A DNA stretch of 45,224 bases from assembly GCA_036786445.1 (NCBI GenBank), contig DAIQRD010000004.1, positions 1 through 45,224 of the forward strand. The letters run 5' to 3'. Shown one piece after another: positions 35,568 through 43,600 of the stretch. Below the pieces are notes generated by a model. That model searched no databases. It worked only from the letters and a program-made list of their open reading frames with translations, and was not told the DNA's origin. This DNA is from Bacillota bacterium. GTDB taxonomy: Bacteria; Bacillota; Limnochordia; DTU087. How positions within the stretch are numbered: the first letter of the stretch is position 1; the number at the start of each line of letters is the position of its first letter. Made by a program: the position numbers and the translations under genes.

Positions 35568-36530
35568 ATGAAATTCACTCGCAACACGGGAACCCTGGTA
35601 GCCGCCGTGGCCCTGATTACGGCGGGAGCCGTGGCACTTTTGATTGGGTGGCCTGGCCCTAGGGACGGATCGGTGCGCAAGTTCGCGAAAGAACCTACTC
35701 TTAGTGTCTATATTAAGGAGACTGGCGATAAGAAGGACATGCCCATTGAGGAGTATATTACGGGGGTGGTGGCCGGCGAGATGAAACCCAATTGGCCCCT
35801 GGAGGCCTATGCCGCTCAAGCCATTCTTGCCCGTAGTTTTACCATGGAGTTTATCAGCAGAGGTGGCACTAGAGCCCAGCATGGAACCGACATATCCACC
35901 GATCATGAGGAGGCCCAGGCCTATAACGCTAGTAATATCACACCGATTATCCGGCGGGCAGTGGAGATGACCCGGGGCGAAGTGATGACCTACGATAACC
36001 AGTATGTGCGGGCATGGTTTCATTCGTATAGTGGAGGCCATACTACCACTGCGAAGGAGGGTCTTAATTTCAAAGAAGAAGAGCCGCCTTATATACGCAG
36101 TGTGAAGATCAAATCTAATCCATACGCTCCAGCAGATGTCAAGGAATGGCATGCGACGTTTACTTTGACAGAAGTCCAAAAGACATTGAACCAGATGGGC
36201 GTGGATGTAGGTGATATCAAAGAAGTCAAGATAGACAAAAAGGGTAAGACCGGTCGTGCCACCGAGTTGCGAGTTACAGGTGCACAAGGTAGCGAAGTCG
36301 TATCTGCCGCAGACTTCCGCGTGGCTCTAGATGCTATGACGATGAAATCCACGCTGTTGAGTCGGCTCCAGGTGCAGGGTGGCAATCTGACAATGGTGGG
36401 TACCGGTTTTGGCCATGGCGTAGGCCTAAGTCAGTGGGACGCCCATATGCTAGCTAAGGATGGGAAAAAACCCGAAGATATAGTTAGGTTCTTCTTCAAG
36501 GATATAGAGATCAAGAAACTGTGGGATTGA
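35568..36530 (+). CDS. spoIID: stage II sporulation protein D (SpoIID/LytB domain lytic transglycosylase)
   Basis: N-terminal TM, then SpoIID motifs EEYITGVVAGEM, EAYAAQAILARSF, WFHSYSGGHTT and GFGHGVGLSQWDA. ATG 35568 follows GGAGGG. The track ORF opens at 35424. Confidence 0.88.
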   Translation: MKFTRNTGTLVAAVALITAGAVALLIGWPGPRDGSVRKFAKEPTLSVYIKETGDKKDMPIEEYITGVVAGEMKPNWPLEAYAAQAILARSFTMEFISRGGTRAQHGTDISTDHEEAQAYNASNITPIIRRAVEMTRGEVMTYDNQYVRAWFHSYSGGHTTTAKEGLNFKEEEPPYIRSVKIKSNPYAPADVKEWHATFTLTEVQKTLNQMGVDVGDIKEVKIDKKGKTGRATELRVTGAQGSEVVSAADFRVALDAMTMKSTLLSRLQVQGGNLTMVGTGFGHGVGLSQWDAHMLAKDGKKPEDIVRFFFKDIEIKKLWD

Positions 36531-36572
36531 TAGCCCGTCTACATGGATGAATCTTCCTGATCTTTGGTTTCG

Positions 36573-36601
36573 GTAGCGGCTGAACGGTGGCCGCTACTTT
36601 T
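36573..36601 (+). terminator. intrinsic terminator after spoIID
   Basis: Stem GTAGCGGC/GCCGCTAC, 9-nt loop, then TTTT. Confidence 0.75.
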
Positions 36602-36702
36602 GATGGAAGAGCAATGCATGAAAAGTGGGACGACCGCATAATCATTAACAAGAGTTGGTGACATTCCCTGAACTTGTGGTACTAAGCCAAGGGGGTAACG
36701 CT

Positions 36703-36990
36703 GTGGAAGAGAGGCAGCTATCCATTAGGAAAAAGCATCAAGTAACACTCCAAAATCGGGAGAGGCTGTCCATTGATGGGGTACTCAATGTGGAGAGTTT
36801 CGACGATCTGGAGATAGTGCTGGAAACTGATGCCGGTGTCTTGGTGGTGCGAGGCGAAGGCCTGCATATTAAGGAATTGAATCTTGATAGTGCCAGTTTG
36901 AATGTTGTAGGGCATATATCGACAATGGAATATGTCGGTGAGGTCGGTGGGAAGAAAGGGAAGGGCCTGTTGGGCAGGTTGTTCAAATAA
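36703..36990 (+). CDS. yabP: sporulation protein YabP
   Basis: HQVTLQNRERLSIDGVLNVESFDDLEIVLETDAGVLVVRGEGLHIKELNLD is the YabP/YqfC-type signature. GTG 36703 follows GGGGGT. The track ORF opens at 36655. Confidence 0.88.
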   Translation: MEERQLSIRKKHQVTLQNRERLSIDGVLNVESFDDLEIVLETDAGVLVVRGEGLHIKELNLDSASLNVVGHISTMEYVGEVGGKKGKGLLGRLFK

Positions 36991-37078
36991 ACATATTACT
37001 GCCGAGGTGGGCACAAAACCCTAGTCTGCGGCATAGGATAGGAGGGTGACATTCCATCCGACCATGGGAGGGTAATGC

Positions 37079-37591
37079 ATGGATACTTTGGGGGGCCAAG
37101 TATATGGCTTTGCAGCAACCATCGCCGCGGGCTTGAGTTTGGGGTTGTTTTTTGATCTTTATAGGCTATGGCGACGGGCCACTCGTCCGCAAAAAGTTGT
37201 GACTGCCATATCGGACATGCTATTTTGGGTGATAGCCACACCCCTCACTTACTTCTATTTATTAGTAGGCAATTGGGCTGAATTGAGATTATATGTATTC
37301 CTTGGTTTGCTATTGGGCTTGCTGCTTTATTTTGGTGCCTTTAGTGTGGTAGTTCTCAATTTGCTCTCCACGCTCTATTACTTTGCAGCTGCTGCCATAG
37401 GAGGAATCATCCAAGGCATCTGCTTGTTAATCAGTTTGCCTTGGGAAGGTGCTGCTCGTTGGCACTCAAGCCGTCGCTGGCGGCCGGGCAGGGTTAGGAT
37501 AGCTCCGGGGACCAGTTTTGCCAGAGTCGGCCCCAAATGGTCAGGGACCAGATCACGGCTATGGTCACGGTTGTCATTCCTCAGAAAATAG
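37079..37591 (+). CDS. yabQ: spore cortex biosynthesis protein YabQ
   Basis: Polytopic membrane protein with the LGLFFDLYRLWRR motif, in the conserved position after yabP. Arg/Trp/Ser-rich basic C-terminal tail. Confidence 0.8.
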   Translation: MDTLGGQVYGFAATIAAGLSLGLFFDLYRLWRRATRPQKVVTAISDMLFWVIATPLTYFYLLVGNWAELRLYVFLGLLLGLLLYFGAFSVVVLNLLSTLYYFAAAAIGGIIQGICLLISLPWEGAARWHSSRRWRPGRVRIAPGTSFARVGPKWSGTRSRLWSRLSFLRK

Positions 37592-37680
37592 CTCCCCATA
37601 AGGCCATCGGTGCAGGATCTCCACCAGCTGCGGAGAATAGCTAGATTGAGCAATTCTGGCTACTGGGGGAGGGAAGACTG

Positions 37681-38088
37681 GTGGCAGAGGAAGTTATCTC
37701 TCTTGCAGCTCGACGCAGGAAATCCAAGAGGGCACGTAGACGGTGGAAGATCACACCCAGATTTTTCATCCTTATGTTGTGCCTTATTTGCTTGTGGGTA
37801 GCTGGTGGTTTTGCCATGCGGTATCTACGCATCGTGATGGTGCAGAGCAAGGTGACTAGAGTGGAACGGGAGATCGCCGCCATGGAAAGACGTAATGAGG
37901 CCATTAGAGAGCAGATCGAGTATATGCAAAGTGACGAGTATATTGAGAAGACGGCCAGGGAGAAGTTGGGATTAGTCAAGCCTGGTGATATAGTCTACAA
38001 ACCTATGCGACCAGCTGGGCCCGACGATCCCATGGATGTACAGAAGCGTTCAGGTAAGCAGGGTGTACTAGCTGGGGGAGGCTATTGA
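37681..38088 (+). CDS. divIC: septum formation initiator (DivIC/FtsB family)
   Basis: Basic N-terminus, single TM FFILMLCLICLWVAGGFA, coiled coil REIAAMERRNEAIREQIEYMQSDEYIEKTAREKLGLVKPGD. Confidence 0.88.
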   Translation: MAEEVISLAARRRKSKRARRRWKITPRFFILMLCLICLWVAGGFAMRYLRIVMVQSKVTRVEREIAAMERRNEAIREQIEYMQSDEYIEKTAREKLGLVKPGDIVYKPMRPAGPDDPMDVQKRSGKQGVLAGGGY

Positions 38089-38106
38089 CGCTTTTTGAAA
38101 GAGAGA

Positions 38107-38149
38107 AGATCTGATATACTCTCTAGGGAGTATGCCAGATCTTTTTTTC
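38107..38149 (+). terminator. intrinsic terminator after divIC
   Basis: Outer stem AGATCTG/CAGATCT plus inner stem ATACTC/GAGTAT, followed by TTTTTTT. Confidence 0.85.
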
Positions 38150-38232
38150 GCTAGTCCATCTTGATATCGTGCTTAGGCAACGCCGTCTACCAATCAACTA
38201 GTTGAGTTGCCTAGAGGGTTAAGGGGGTAGTA

Positions 38233-38964
38233 ATGATGTCACGGGTCTTGAAGACCACGGGCTTAATAGCACTGTTATTGATTGTAATAAGTGTAGGTTG
38301 CTGGGCTGCTTTGCCGAAGCCATTAGGCTTTGTCAACGATTTTGCCGGGGTGATTGATGGGGAATCCGCCAGTCAGATTGCAGAACTGGCTACTAGCCTT
38401 CGGGAGAACCAGGGAGTTGAGCTCGCGGTAGTAACCGTCCAATCGGCACGGCCTACGACACCAAAGGACTATGCCACCCAGCTTTTCAATGAATGGGGGA
38501 TAGGTGGCCCAGATGACAGCGGTTTACTGATTCTGTTGGTCACAGGTGAGCGAGAGATCCAGGTGGAAGTTGGCTATGGCCTGGAAGGGGTACTCCCCGA
38601 TGGAAAAGTAGGTAGCATTCTGGATAGGACGGTCATACCCTATTTCACAAAAGGGCAATATGGGAAAGGTTTGCTAGAGGGTGCCAAAGCTTTCAAGGCG
38701 GAACTAGCCGATGAGAGTTATGATACGCAAGAGGGTGATGATGAATTCTTGGCATCATTTGTTATTTTCTTGATCATTGTTGTAGGCATCTATATATCGT
38801 ATCGCAAGGGACCCAAGGGACCAAGGGGTACAGTCTTTCGCACTGGCCCTGTATATCCCGGTACAGTGCGGCCTCCGCGATCATCCGGTGGTCCTAGAGG
38901 TGGTGGGTTCGGCGGGTTTGGTGGAGGACGTAGTGGCGGGGGAGGAGCAGGTCGGAAATTCTAA
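38233..38964 (+). CDS. TPM-domain (YgcG-like) membrane protein
   Basis: Signal/TM segment, TPM block GFVNDFAGVIDGESASQIAELATSLRENQGVELAVVTV, a second TM FLASFVIFLIIVVGIYISY, and a Gly/Arg-rich C-terminal tail. Confidence 0.85.
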   Translation: MMSRVLKTTGLIALLLIVISVGCWAALPKPLGFVNDFAGVIDGESASQIAELATSLRENQGVELAVVTVQSARPTTPKDYATQLFNEWGIGGPDDSGLLILLVTGEREIQVEVGYGLEGVLPDGKVGSILDRTVIPYFTKGQYGKGLLEGAKAFKAELADESYDTQEGDDEFLASFVIFLIIVVGIYISYRKGPKGPRGTVFRTGPVYPGTVRPPRSSGGPRGGGFGGFGGGRSGGGGAGRKF

Positions 38965-38981
38965 TTGGGGGGAAGGTTGAC

Positions 38982-39536
38982 ATGAAAAAAGGTTGGATTA
39001 TTGCCGGAGTAATCATTCTAGTTCTTGCTATTGGCGTAGCCAGTCAGTACAATAACCTCGTGAATCTGGAAACCAATGTTGATGCCCGATGGGCCCAGGT
39101 AGAGAACCAATTGCAGAGGCGGGCAGATCTCATTCCTAACCTCGTAAACACAGTGAAGGGCTATGCCAGTCACGAGGAAGGGATTTTCACGGAGATTGCC
39201 GCTGCTAGGAGTCGATTGCTGGCAGCAGGTGATCCTAGTGCCAGGATGGAGGCGAATAATGGCCTAGACATGGCTTTGGGCAGACTACTGGCCATTGCAG
39301 AAAACTATCCAGAGCTGAAAGCTGATACCAGTTTTGTGCGGCTGCAGGATGAACTGGCAGGTACCGAAAACAGAATAGCTGTGGAGCGCATGCGCTACAA
39401 TGAATCCATAGAAACATGGAATCGGACAATTCGGCGCTTTCCCACCATGATCATCGCTGGGCTCTTTGGGAAGACAGCACGCCCCTTCTTTGAGGCTGCT
39501 GAAAGTGCAAAGGAAGTACCCAATGTGCAATTCTGA
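38982..39536 (+). CDS. lemA: LemA family protein
   Basis: N-terminal TM, then YNNLVNLETNVDARWAQVENQLQRRADLIPNLVNTVKGYASHE and NYPELKAD...L.GTENRIAVERMRYNE. Confidence 0.9.
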   Translation: MKKGWIIAGVIILVLAIGVASQYNNLVNLETNVDARWAQVENQLQRRADLIPNLVNTVKGYASHEEGIFTEIAAARSRLLAAGDPSARMEANNGLDMALGRLLAIAENYPELKADTSFVRLQDELAGTENRIAVERMRYNESIETWNRTIRRFPTMIIAGLFGKTARPFFEAAESAKEVPNVQF

Positions 39537-39683
39537 GTATCTCTGAAAAGGGAAGCGGCGGGGAGCAAGCGGGCAGACAGCCAATGGCCGATTGACCGCG
39601 ATAGGGGCAGTCCGGCTTGTGGCAAGTAATGCCGGTAAGGCAATAGGCATGCCCGCCACAGCGCTCTTTGCCGCCGCCGTCTA

Positions 39684-39712
39684 TTGACACCAAATTGGCG
39701 ATAATGTATACT
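39684..39712 (+). promoter_or_regulatory. sigma-A promoter (extended -10) of the S1-domain gene
   Basis: TTGACA (39684-39689), 17-bp spacer, TGTATACT (39705-39712). The predicted 5' end of the transcript folds into a 6-bp hairpin, CGGGAC-TAA-GTCCCG (39722-39736). Confidence 0.6.
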
Positions 39713-39766
39713 ATATCTTAGCGGGACTAAGTCCCGTAAATTCTATGAGGAGGCATTTATTTACGT

Positions 39767-40156
39767 ATGGCAATCGAAGTCGGCGGCATTGTCGAGGGGA
39801 GAGTCACCGGTATCACGAATTTCGGCGCTTTTGTGGAGCTAACCGATGGCAAGACGGGGTTAGTTCATATTTCTGAGGTAGCCGATGCCTATGTCAAGGA
39901 TATCAATGATTATCTGAAGCAAAATGACAAGGTGCAAGTAAAGGTTATTAATATCAATGGTAACAAGATTGGCTTGTCCATCAAGCAAGTCAATGGCAGC
40001 AATAATAACAGTAATCGATTCAACCGCAGGGTCTCCCGTCAAGATTTCGAAGATAGACTTTCCAAATTTCTGAAGGATAGTGACCAGCGACAGCAGGATA
40101 TTAGGAAGAGCATGGACTCGAAGCGGGGAGGCCGGGGAGGCCCAGCACGGTTTTAA
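39767..40156 (+). CDS. yabR: S1 RNA-binding domain protein (YabR-like)
   Basis: GGIVEGRVTGITNFGAFVELTDGKTGLVHISEVADAYVKDINDYLK S1 fold, with a basic C-terminal tail. The gene is in the conserved position after divIC. Confidence 0.9.
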   Translation: MAIEVGGIVEGRVTGITNFGAFVELTDGKTGLVHISEVADAYVKDINDYLKQNDKVQVKVININGNKIGLSIKQVNGSNNNSNRFNRRVSRQDFEDRLSKFLKDSDQRQQDIRKSMDSKRGGRGGPARF

Positions 40157-40184
40157 GATATTGAACATATTTTTCTAGACTCGG

Positions 40185-40208
40185 GGCGCCCATGGGCGCC
40201 TTGTTTTA
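40185..40208 (+). terminator. intrinsic terminator after yabR
   Basis: Palindrome GGCGCC-CATG-GGCGCC followed by TTGTTTTA. The loop contains the ATG that opens the longest DUF501 ORF. Confidence 0.65.
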
Positions 40209-40215
40209 CTCCGGG

Positions 40216-40788
40216 GTGAGGATATTGACACATCGCGACTTGGAGAAGATTACTCGTCAGTTAGGTCGAGAGCCCCGTAGCGTGGCGGGTGTAGCTAGAC
40301 GATGCCAGGCGGGCCACCCCCAGGTGATTACAACCTACCCCATATACTGGGGACGTAAGCATCCCCAGGTGTTCCCCACGCTCTATTGGCTGACCTGTCC
40401 AGCTCTTAGCCGAGCCGTAGGACGCTTGGAGACGGAGGGCTGGGTTGAGCGGCTACAGCAGCAGATGGGAGCTGATGCTGCTTTAGCTGAACGTTGGGAG
40501 ATATCCCATGGCCAATATGCTCATGAGAGAGCTTTGTTGGTACCTCCCAAGGAGTTAGCTCTGTTACGGGAGCAATACCCAGCCCAAGCCCAAGTCTTGG
40601 AGGAGACAGGCGTTGGAGGAGCCAGGGGTCGTGGTATTAAGTGTCTGCACACAAACTTGGCCCATCGCCTAGCAAAGGACGCTAACCCCATAGGTGAGTT
40701 AGTAGCCCAATTGCTTGTAGAGCGAGGAGTTACGGTGGAGTTTTGCCATGATGATGCGTTGGAGAGATTCTGTCGTGGGGATCTGTAA
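40216..40788 (+). CDS. DUF501-domain protein
   Basis: QLGREPRSVAGVARRC..GHPQVI, FPTLYWLTCPALSRAVGRLETEGWV and IKCLHTNLAH match my recollection of the DUF501 family. The start is uncertain: the ORF opens at 40192 inside the terminator, and GTG 40216 is an alternative. Confidence 0.75.
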   Translation: MRILTHRDLEKITRQLGREPRSVAGVARRCQAGHPQVITTYPIYWGRKHPQVFPTLYWLTCPALSRAVGRLETEGWVERLQQQMGADAALAERWEISHGQYAHERALLVPPKELALLREQYPAQAQVLEETGVGGARGRGIKCLHTNLAHRLAKDANPIGELVAQLLVERGVTVEFCHDDALERFCRGDL

Positions 40789-40850
40789 CCCTCCGGTTAA
40801 GGCCGGGGGATCCGGCGGGACATTTGCGAAGAGCAAGGTTTTGGCAGGCA

Positions 40851-40879
40851 TTGACCGGGGTTGCGAAGTAGTGTATAAT
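40851..40879 (+). promoter_or_regulatory. sigma-A promoter (extended -10) of tRNA-Leu
   Basis: TTGACC (40851-40856), 17-bp spacer, TGTATAAT (40872-40879). It lies 13 nt upstream of the tRNA 5' end. Confidence 0.7.
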
Positions 40880-40892
40880 TGTCTCGCTACCT

Positions 40893-40983
40893 GCCGGAGT
40901 GGCGAAACAGGCATACGCGACAGACTTAAAATCTGTTGATCTCTTATAAGGTCGTGCGGGTTCGAGTCCCGCCTCCGGCACCA
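40893..40983 (+). tRNA. tRNA-Leu (anticodon UAA), CCA encoded
   Basis: Acceptor GCCGGAG/CTCCGGC. Anticodon stem ACAGA/TCTGT with loop CTTAAAA. Long variable arm. T-arm GCGGG-TTCGAGT-CCCGC. Discriminator A plus CCA. Confidence 0.93.
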
Positions 40984-40985
40984 AC

Positions 40986-41021
40986 AACCGCCCTTTGCGA
41001 AAACAGGGGCGGTTTTACTTT
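40986..41021 (+). terminator. intrinsic terminator after tRNA-Leu
   Basis: 8-bp stem AACCGCCC/GGGCGGTT, 13-nt loop, followed by TTACTTT. Confidence 0.6.
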
Positions 41022-41103
41022 GCTCCAAAGCATTACCAGGGAATTGGCGACAAATCGAGAAAAAGCTATAGATGCTTGAATGGAACGTTTAGGAGGAATC
41101 TAT

Positions 41104-41667
41104 ATGACCGTTTACGTGGACCGCTGCCAGATCCCTGGTTGGGGGAGCTTCTGGATAGGCATCATTGATGGGCAATTGGGTTACTTGAAATTGCCTCCAG
41201 AGCATTCCCAGGAGGCATTACCGGAGACTGAAGTGCCGGGAGAGCTAGAGGATTTCGCCGCACATTGGAATCTAACTCTTGTAGTCCGAAGGGTGGGGCC
41301 TGCCCCTGAGGTCTGGGGGCAACTTAGGCAATACCTAGGTGGTACTCGCCAGCAATTCCAGTTGCCTTTGAAGCTCTTAGGTACTGATTTCCAAAAGCAG
41401 GTTTGGCAAGCGCTACTTGCTATACCTTGGGGTGAGGCGCGGACCTATAGGGACATAGCCATAGCCCTAGGCAATTGCCGGTTAGCCAGAGCGGTAGGGC
41501 AAGCTAACGGTCGCAATCCTGTTTCCATAGTGGTCCCTTGCCATCGAGTGGTGGCCAAAGATGGTTTGGGCGGCTACACAGGTGGGTTAGGTCTTAAGCA
41601 ACGACTACTGCAGATAGAAGGAACCTTGAAAAATATTGCAGTGAATGGGAAAGGGCGAGCTGTTTGA
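41104..41667 (+). CDS. ogt: methylated-DNA--protein-cysteine methyltransferase
   Basis: Active site IVVPCHRVV, FQKQVWQALLAIPWGEARTYRDIA, ARAVGQANGRNP. ATG 41104 sits 7 nt after AGGAGG. The track ORF opens at 41080. Confidence 0.92.
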   Translation: MTVYVDRCQIPGWGSFWIGIIDGQLGYLKLPPEHSQEALPETEVPGELEDFAAHWNLTLVVRRVGPAPEVWGQLRQYLGGTRQQFQLPLKLLGTDFQKQVWQALLAIPWGEARTYRDIAIALGNCRLARAVGQANGRNPVSIVVPCHRVVAKDGLGGYTGGLGLKQRLLQIEGTLKNIAVNGKGRAV

Positions 41668-41858
41668 AACCGGGGGATCTGATTTGGCGCTTACTGGAGC
41701 ACTTTTCGCTGCAACTTCAACTTCTGGAAGATACCCAGGAACAACTAGATCCCAAGAAACAGGAGGATCTAATCATTGTTCTAGGGGAATGTGAACAGCT
41801 GACACGGACGCAGATCAACATCCTGAGGCGGATTGGCCGCAGGTATGGAAACACGTGA
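41664..41858 (+). CDS. small helical hypothetical protein
   Basis: 64-aa ORF whose TTG start overlaps the ogt stop (TTGA). No family recognised. Confidence 0.35.
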   Translation: MKPGDLIWRLLEHFSLQLQLLEDTQEQLDPKKQEDLIIVLGECEQLTRTQINILRRIGRRYGNT

Positions 41859-41883
41859 GCTGGTCTAGACGTGTGGAGAGAGG

Positions 41884-43173
41884 GTGGCATTAGCTATTCT
41901 GAAGGTCGAGGGCGTACTAACCGAGCTGTTTGATCTAGAGGAAGCACAGCGCTTGATTGATGCCTATGCCCTGGTCCATGGGGTCTATACTGCTGTTTTT
42001 GGCGGGGCTGGAGAAATATTGCTTGCAGCGGCACAGCCTTCGGCTCAGGTTTGTGACCTGGTACGCCAGACTAAGCCAGGGGAAGGTATGTGTCGAACTT
42101 GCCTGTCAGACATAGGTAAGCAATCCATGCTGTTTGGTGAGGGCTATATCCATAGATGTCCCGCTGGTTTGGTGATCTGGGGTGCGCCCCTCGTCAGTGG
42201 CAAACGGCAGGTAGGTGGCCTTATTGCGGGTCAGGTTGTGATGTGGCCTTTGGATGATTTGGTCAAACGGGAAATGGCGGATATGGCCAAGCGTTGCGGC
42301 ATCGATCCCCATGCCCTACTAGTGGCTGCAGAGGGTGTATCTTCCAGAGAACCAAAGGAAATTCGGGCCGCCGCCGATATTTTGTTCGCCTTGGCAACGC
42401 ATATTAGTACCTGGAATAATACGCTTCTAAGTCAGCAACGCGATGTCAATACTCAGCAAGCTCGTTTGGCCGAAAACATCATTGAGAAGAAACGCTCTCT
42501 GCATAGCCAAGGGACAGGTTCTGGTGGCGCCTACCCATTGGAAAAGGAAAAAGAGCTCCTGGGTAGAGTGCGGTTAGGGGACAGGACAGGAGCTAAAGAA
42601 ATACTAAACCAGATCCTGGGGGATATCCTGTTTAACTCTGCCGGCAAGCCAGAGGTTCTGAAAGCTCGCTTACTGGAGTTAAGTGTGGTGCTATCCCGGG
42701 CCACTGTGGAGAGCGGTGGTAGTTTGCAGCGATTGCTGGGCCTGAATTTCACCTATGTGGAGGAACTGGCGGCTCTTGAACCAATTGAGGAGATCTGTGC
42801 CTGGATTGTGAAGGTCTTGGAAGCCTTCATGGATGAGGCATATGCCACTCGGGAAACCCGTAATTTGCCGGCTGTACGGAAAGCAGTAGGTTATATTAGG
42901 GGGCATTTTCGGGAAGAGTTGACATTGGAGGATGTGGCCCAAGCAGTCCACTTCAGTCCCTACTACCTTTCTCGACTATTTAGGGAAGAGCTAGGGCTCA
43001 CCTTCGTAAACTACTTGACTATTGTTCGCATGGAGGAGGCCAAACGATTGCTCTTGGAGACTGATCAAACCGTGTCGAGAATAGCCGATGCAGTGGGTTA
43101 CCAGGATCCGAGCTATTTCACCAAAGTATTTAAGAAGATGGAAGGGCAGACTCCAACACAATTTCGCCGATGA
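41884..43173 (+). CDS. PocR-sensor / AraC-family HTH transcriptional regulator
   Basis: N-terminal PocR-type Cys pattern (VCDLV...GMCRTC...YIHRCPAGLVIWGAPL..GGLIAGQV). C-terminal double HTH (LTLEDVAQAVHFSPYYLSRLFREE, IADAVGYQDPSYFTKVFKKMEGQTPTQFRR). Confidence 0.88.
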   Translation: MALAILKVEGVLTELFDLEEAQRLIDAYALVHGVYTAVFGGAGEILLAAAQPSAQVCDLVRQTKPGEGMCRTCLSDIGKQSMLFGEGYIHRCPAGLVIWGAPLVSGKRQVGGLIAGQVVMWPLDDLVKREMADMAKRCGIDPHALLVAAEGVSSREPKEIRAAADILFALATHISTWNNTLLSQQRDVNTQQARLAENIIEKKRSLHSQGTGSGGAYPLEKEKELLGRVRLGDRTGAKEILNQILGDILFNSAGKPEVLKARLLELSVVLSRATVESGGSLQRLLGLNFTYVEELAALEPIEEICAWIVKVLEAFMDEAYATRETRNLPAVRKAVGYIRGHFREELTLEDVAQAVHFSPYYLSRLFREELGLTFVNYLTIVRMEEAKRLLLETDQTVSRIADAVGYQDPSYFTKVFKKMEGQTPTQFRR

Positions 43174-43212
43174 TCCAATATTGCCAGCGGCTGACCTAGG
43201 GGAATAGAGACG

Positions 43213-43235
43213 GGCGGGCCTCGGAAGGGCCCGCC
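43213..43235. terminator. GC-rich hairpin between convergent AraC-type gene and SASP gene 2 (possible bidirectional terminator)
   Basis: 8-bp stem GGCGGGCC/GGCCCGCC with a 7-nt loop. There is no strong U-tract on either side. Confidence 0.4.
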
Positions 43236-43273
43236 TCGGTGGAACTCCCTGCCTAAATATAGCTAGGGCTATG

Positions 43274-43570
43274 TCAGTTGGCAGGAGGAACGTTTACTGT
43301 ACTGGGGTTGGGAGTTGTAGTTAGCCCCTGCTGAAAGCCCTGGCGTACCCCAGAAATGGTCTGCTCAATCAAAGACTGCTCGGCGGCAGCAATCATCTTG
43401 CGGACCATGTTGCCACCTACTGCGCCACACTGGCGGGAAGGGAGATCGCCCCAGTAGTCGCTCTGAGGGACCTGGATTCCCAGCTCGTTGGCAGTCTCAT
43501 ATTTGAGCTGATCAAGTGCATTGACTGCGTTGGGATTAATCGGTGTATTCGATTTTTGGCCTGTACCCAT
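43274..43570 (-). CDS. small acid-soluble spore protein, alpha/beta type (paralogue 2, extended C-terminus)
   Basis: LDQLKYETANELGIQVPQSDYWGDLPSRQCGAVGGNMVRKMIAAAEQ is near-identical in its core to the SASP at 22489-22728. AGGAGGTGA upstream. Confidence 0.92.
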   Translation of the reverse strand: MGTGQKSNTPINPNAVNALDQLKYETANELGIQVPQSDYWGDLPSRQCGAVGGNMVRKMIAAAEQSLIEQTISGVRQGFQQGLTTTPNPSTVNVPPAN

Positions 43571-43600
43571 TTCATGTCACCTCCTATTGATGACCAACCA

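Noticed and set aside
35508-36287. 259-aa minus-strand ORF.
   Set aside because: It is entirely antisense to the well-supported spoIID gene, has no recognisable motifs and has an odd composition. It is a shadow ORF.
39285-39693. Three overlapping minus-strand ORFs (124, 82 and 80 aa), including a Cys-rich frame (CGGHAYCLTGITCHKPDCPYRGQSAIGCLPAC).
   Set aside because: None has an SD or a plausible promoter. They overlap the lemA 3' end and the yabR promoter. Open frames are expected by chance in a GC-rich stretch. The region is reported as a possible structured element instead.
40699-41028. Minus-strand ORFs (109 and 85 aa) across the tRNA-Leu locus, and the 65-aa minus ORF at 43656-43853 across tRNA-fMet.
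   Set aside because: They overlap canonical tRNA cloverleaves with their own promoters and terminators. These are artefacts of ORF calling.
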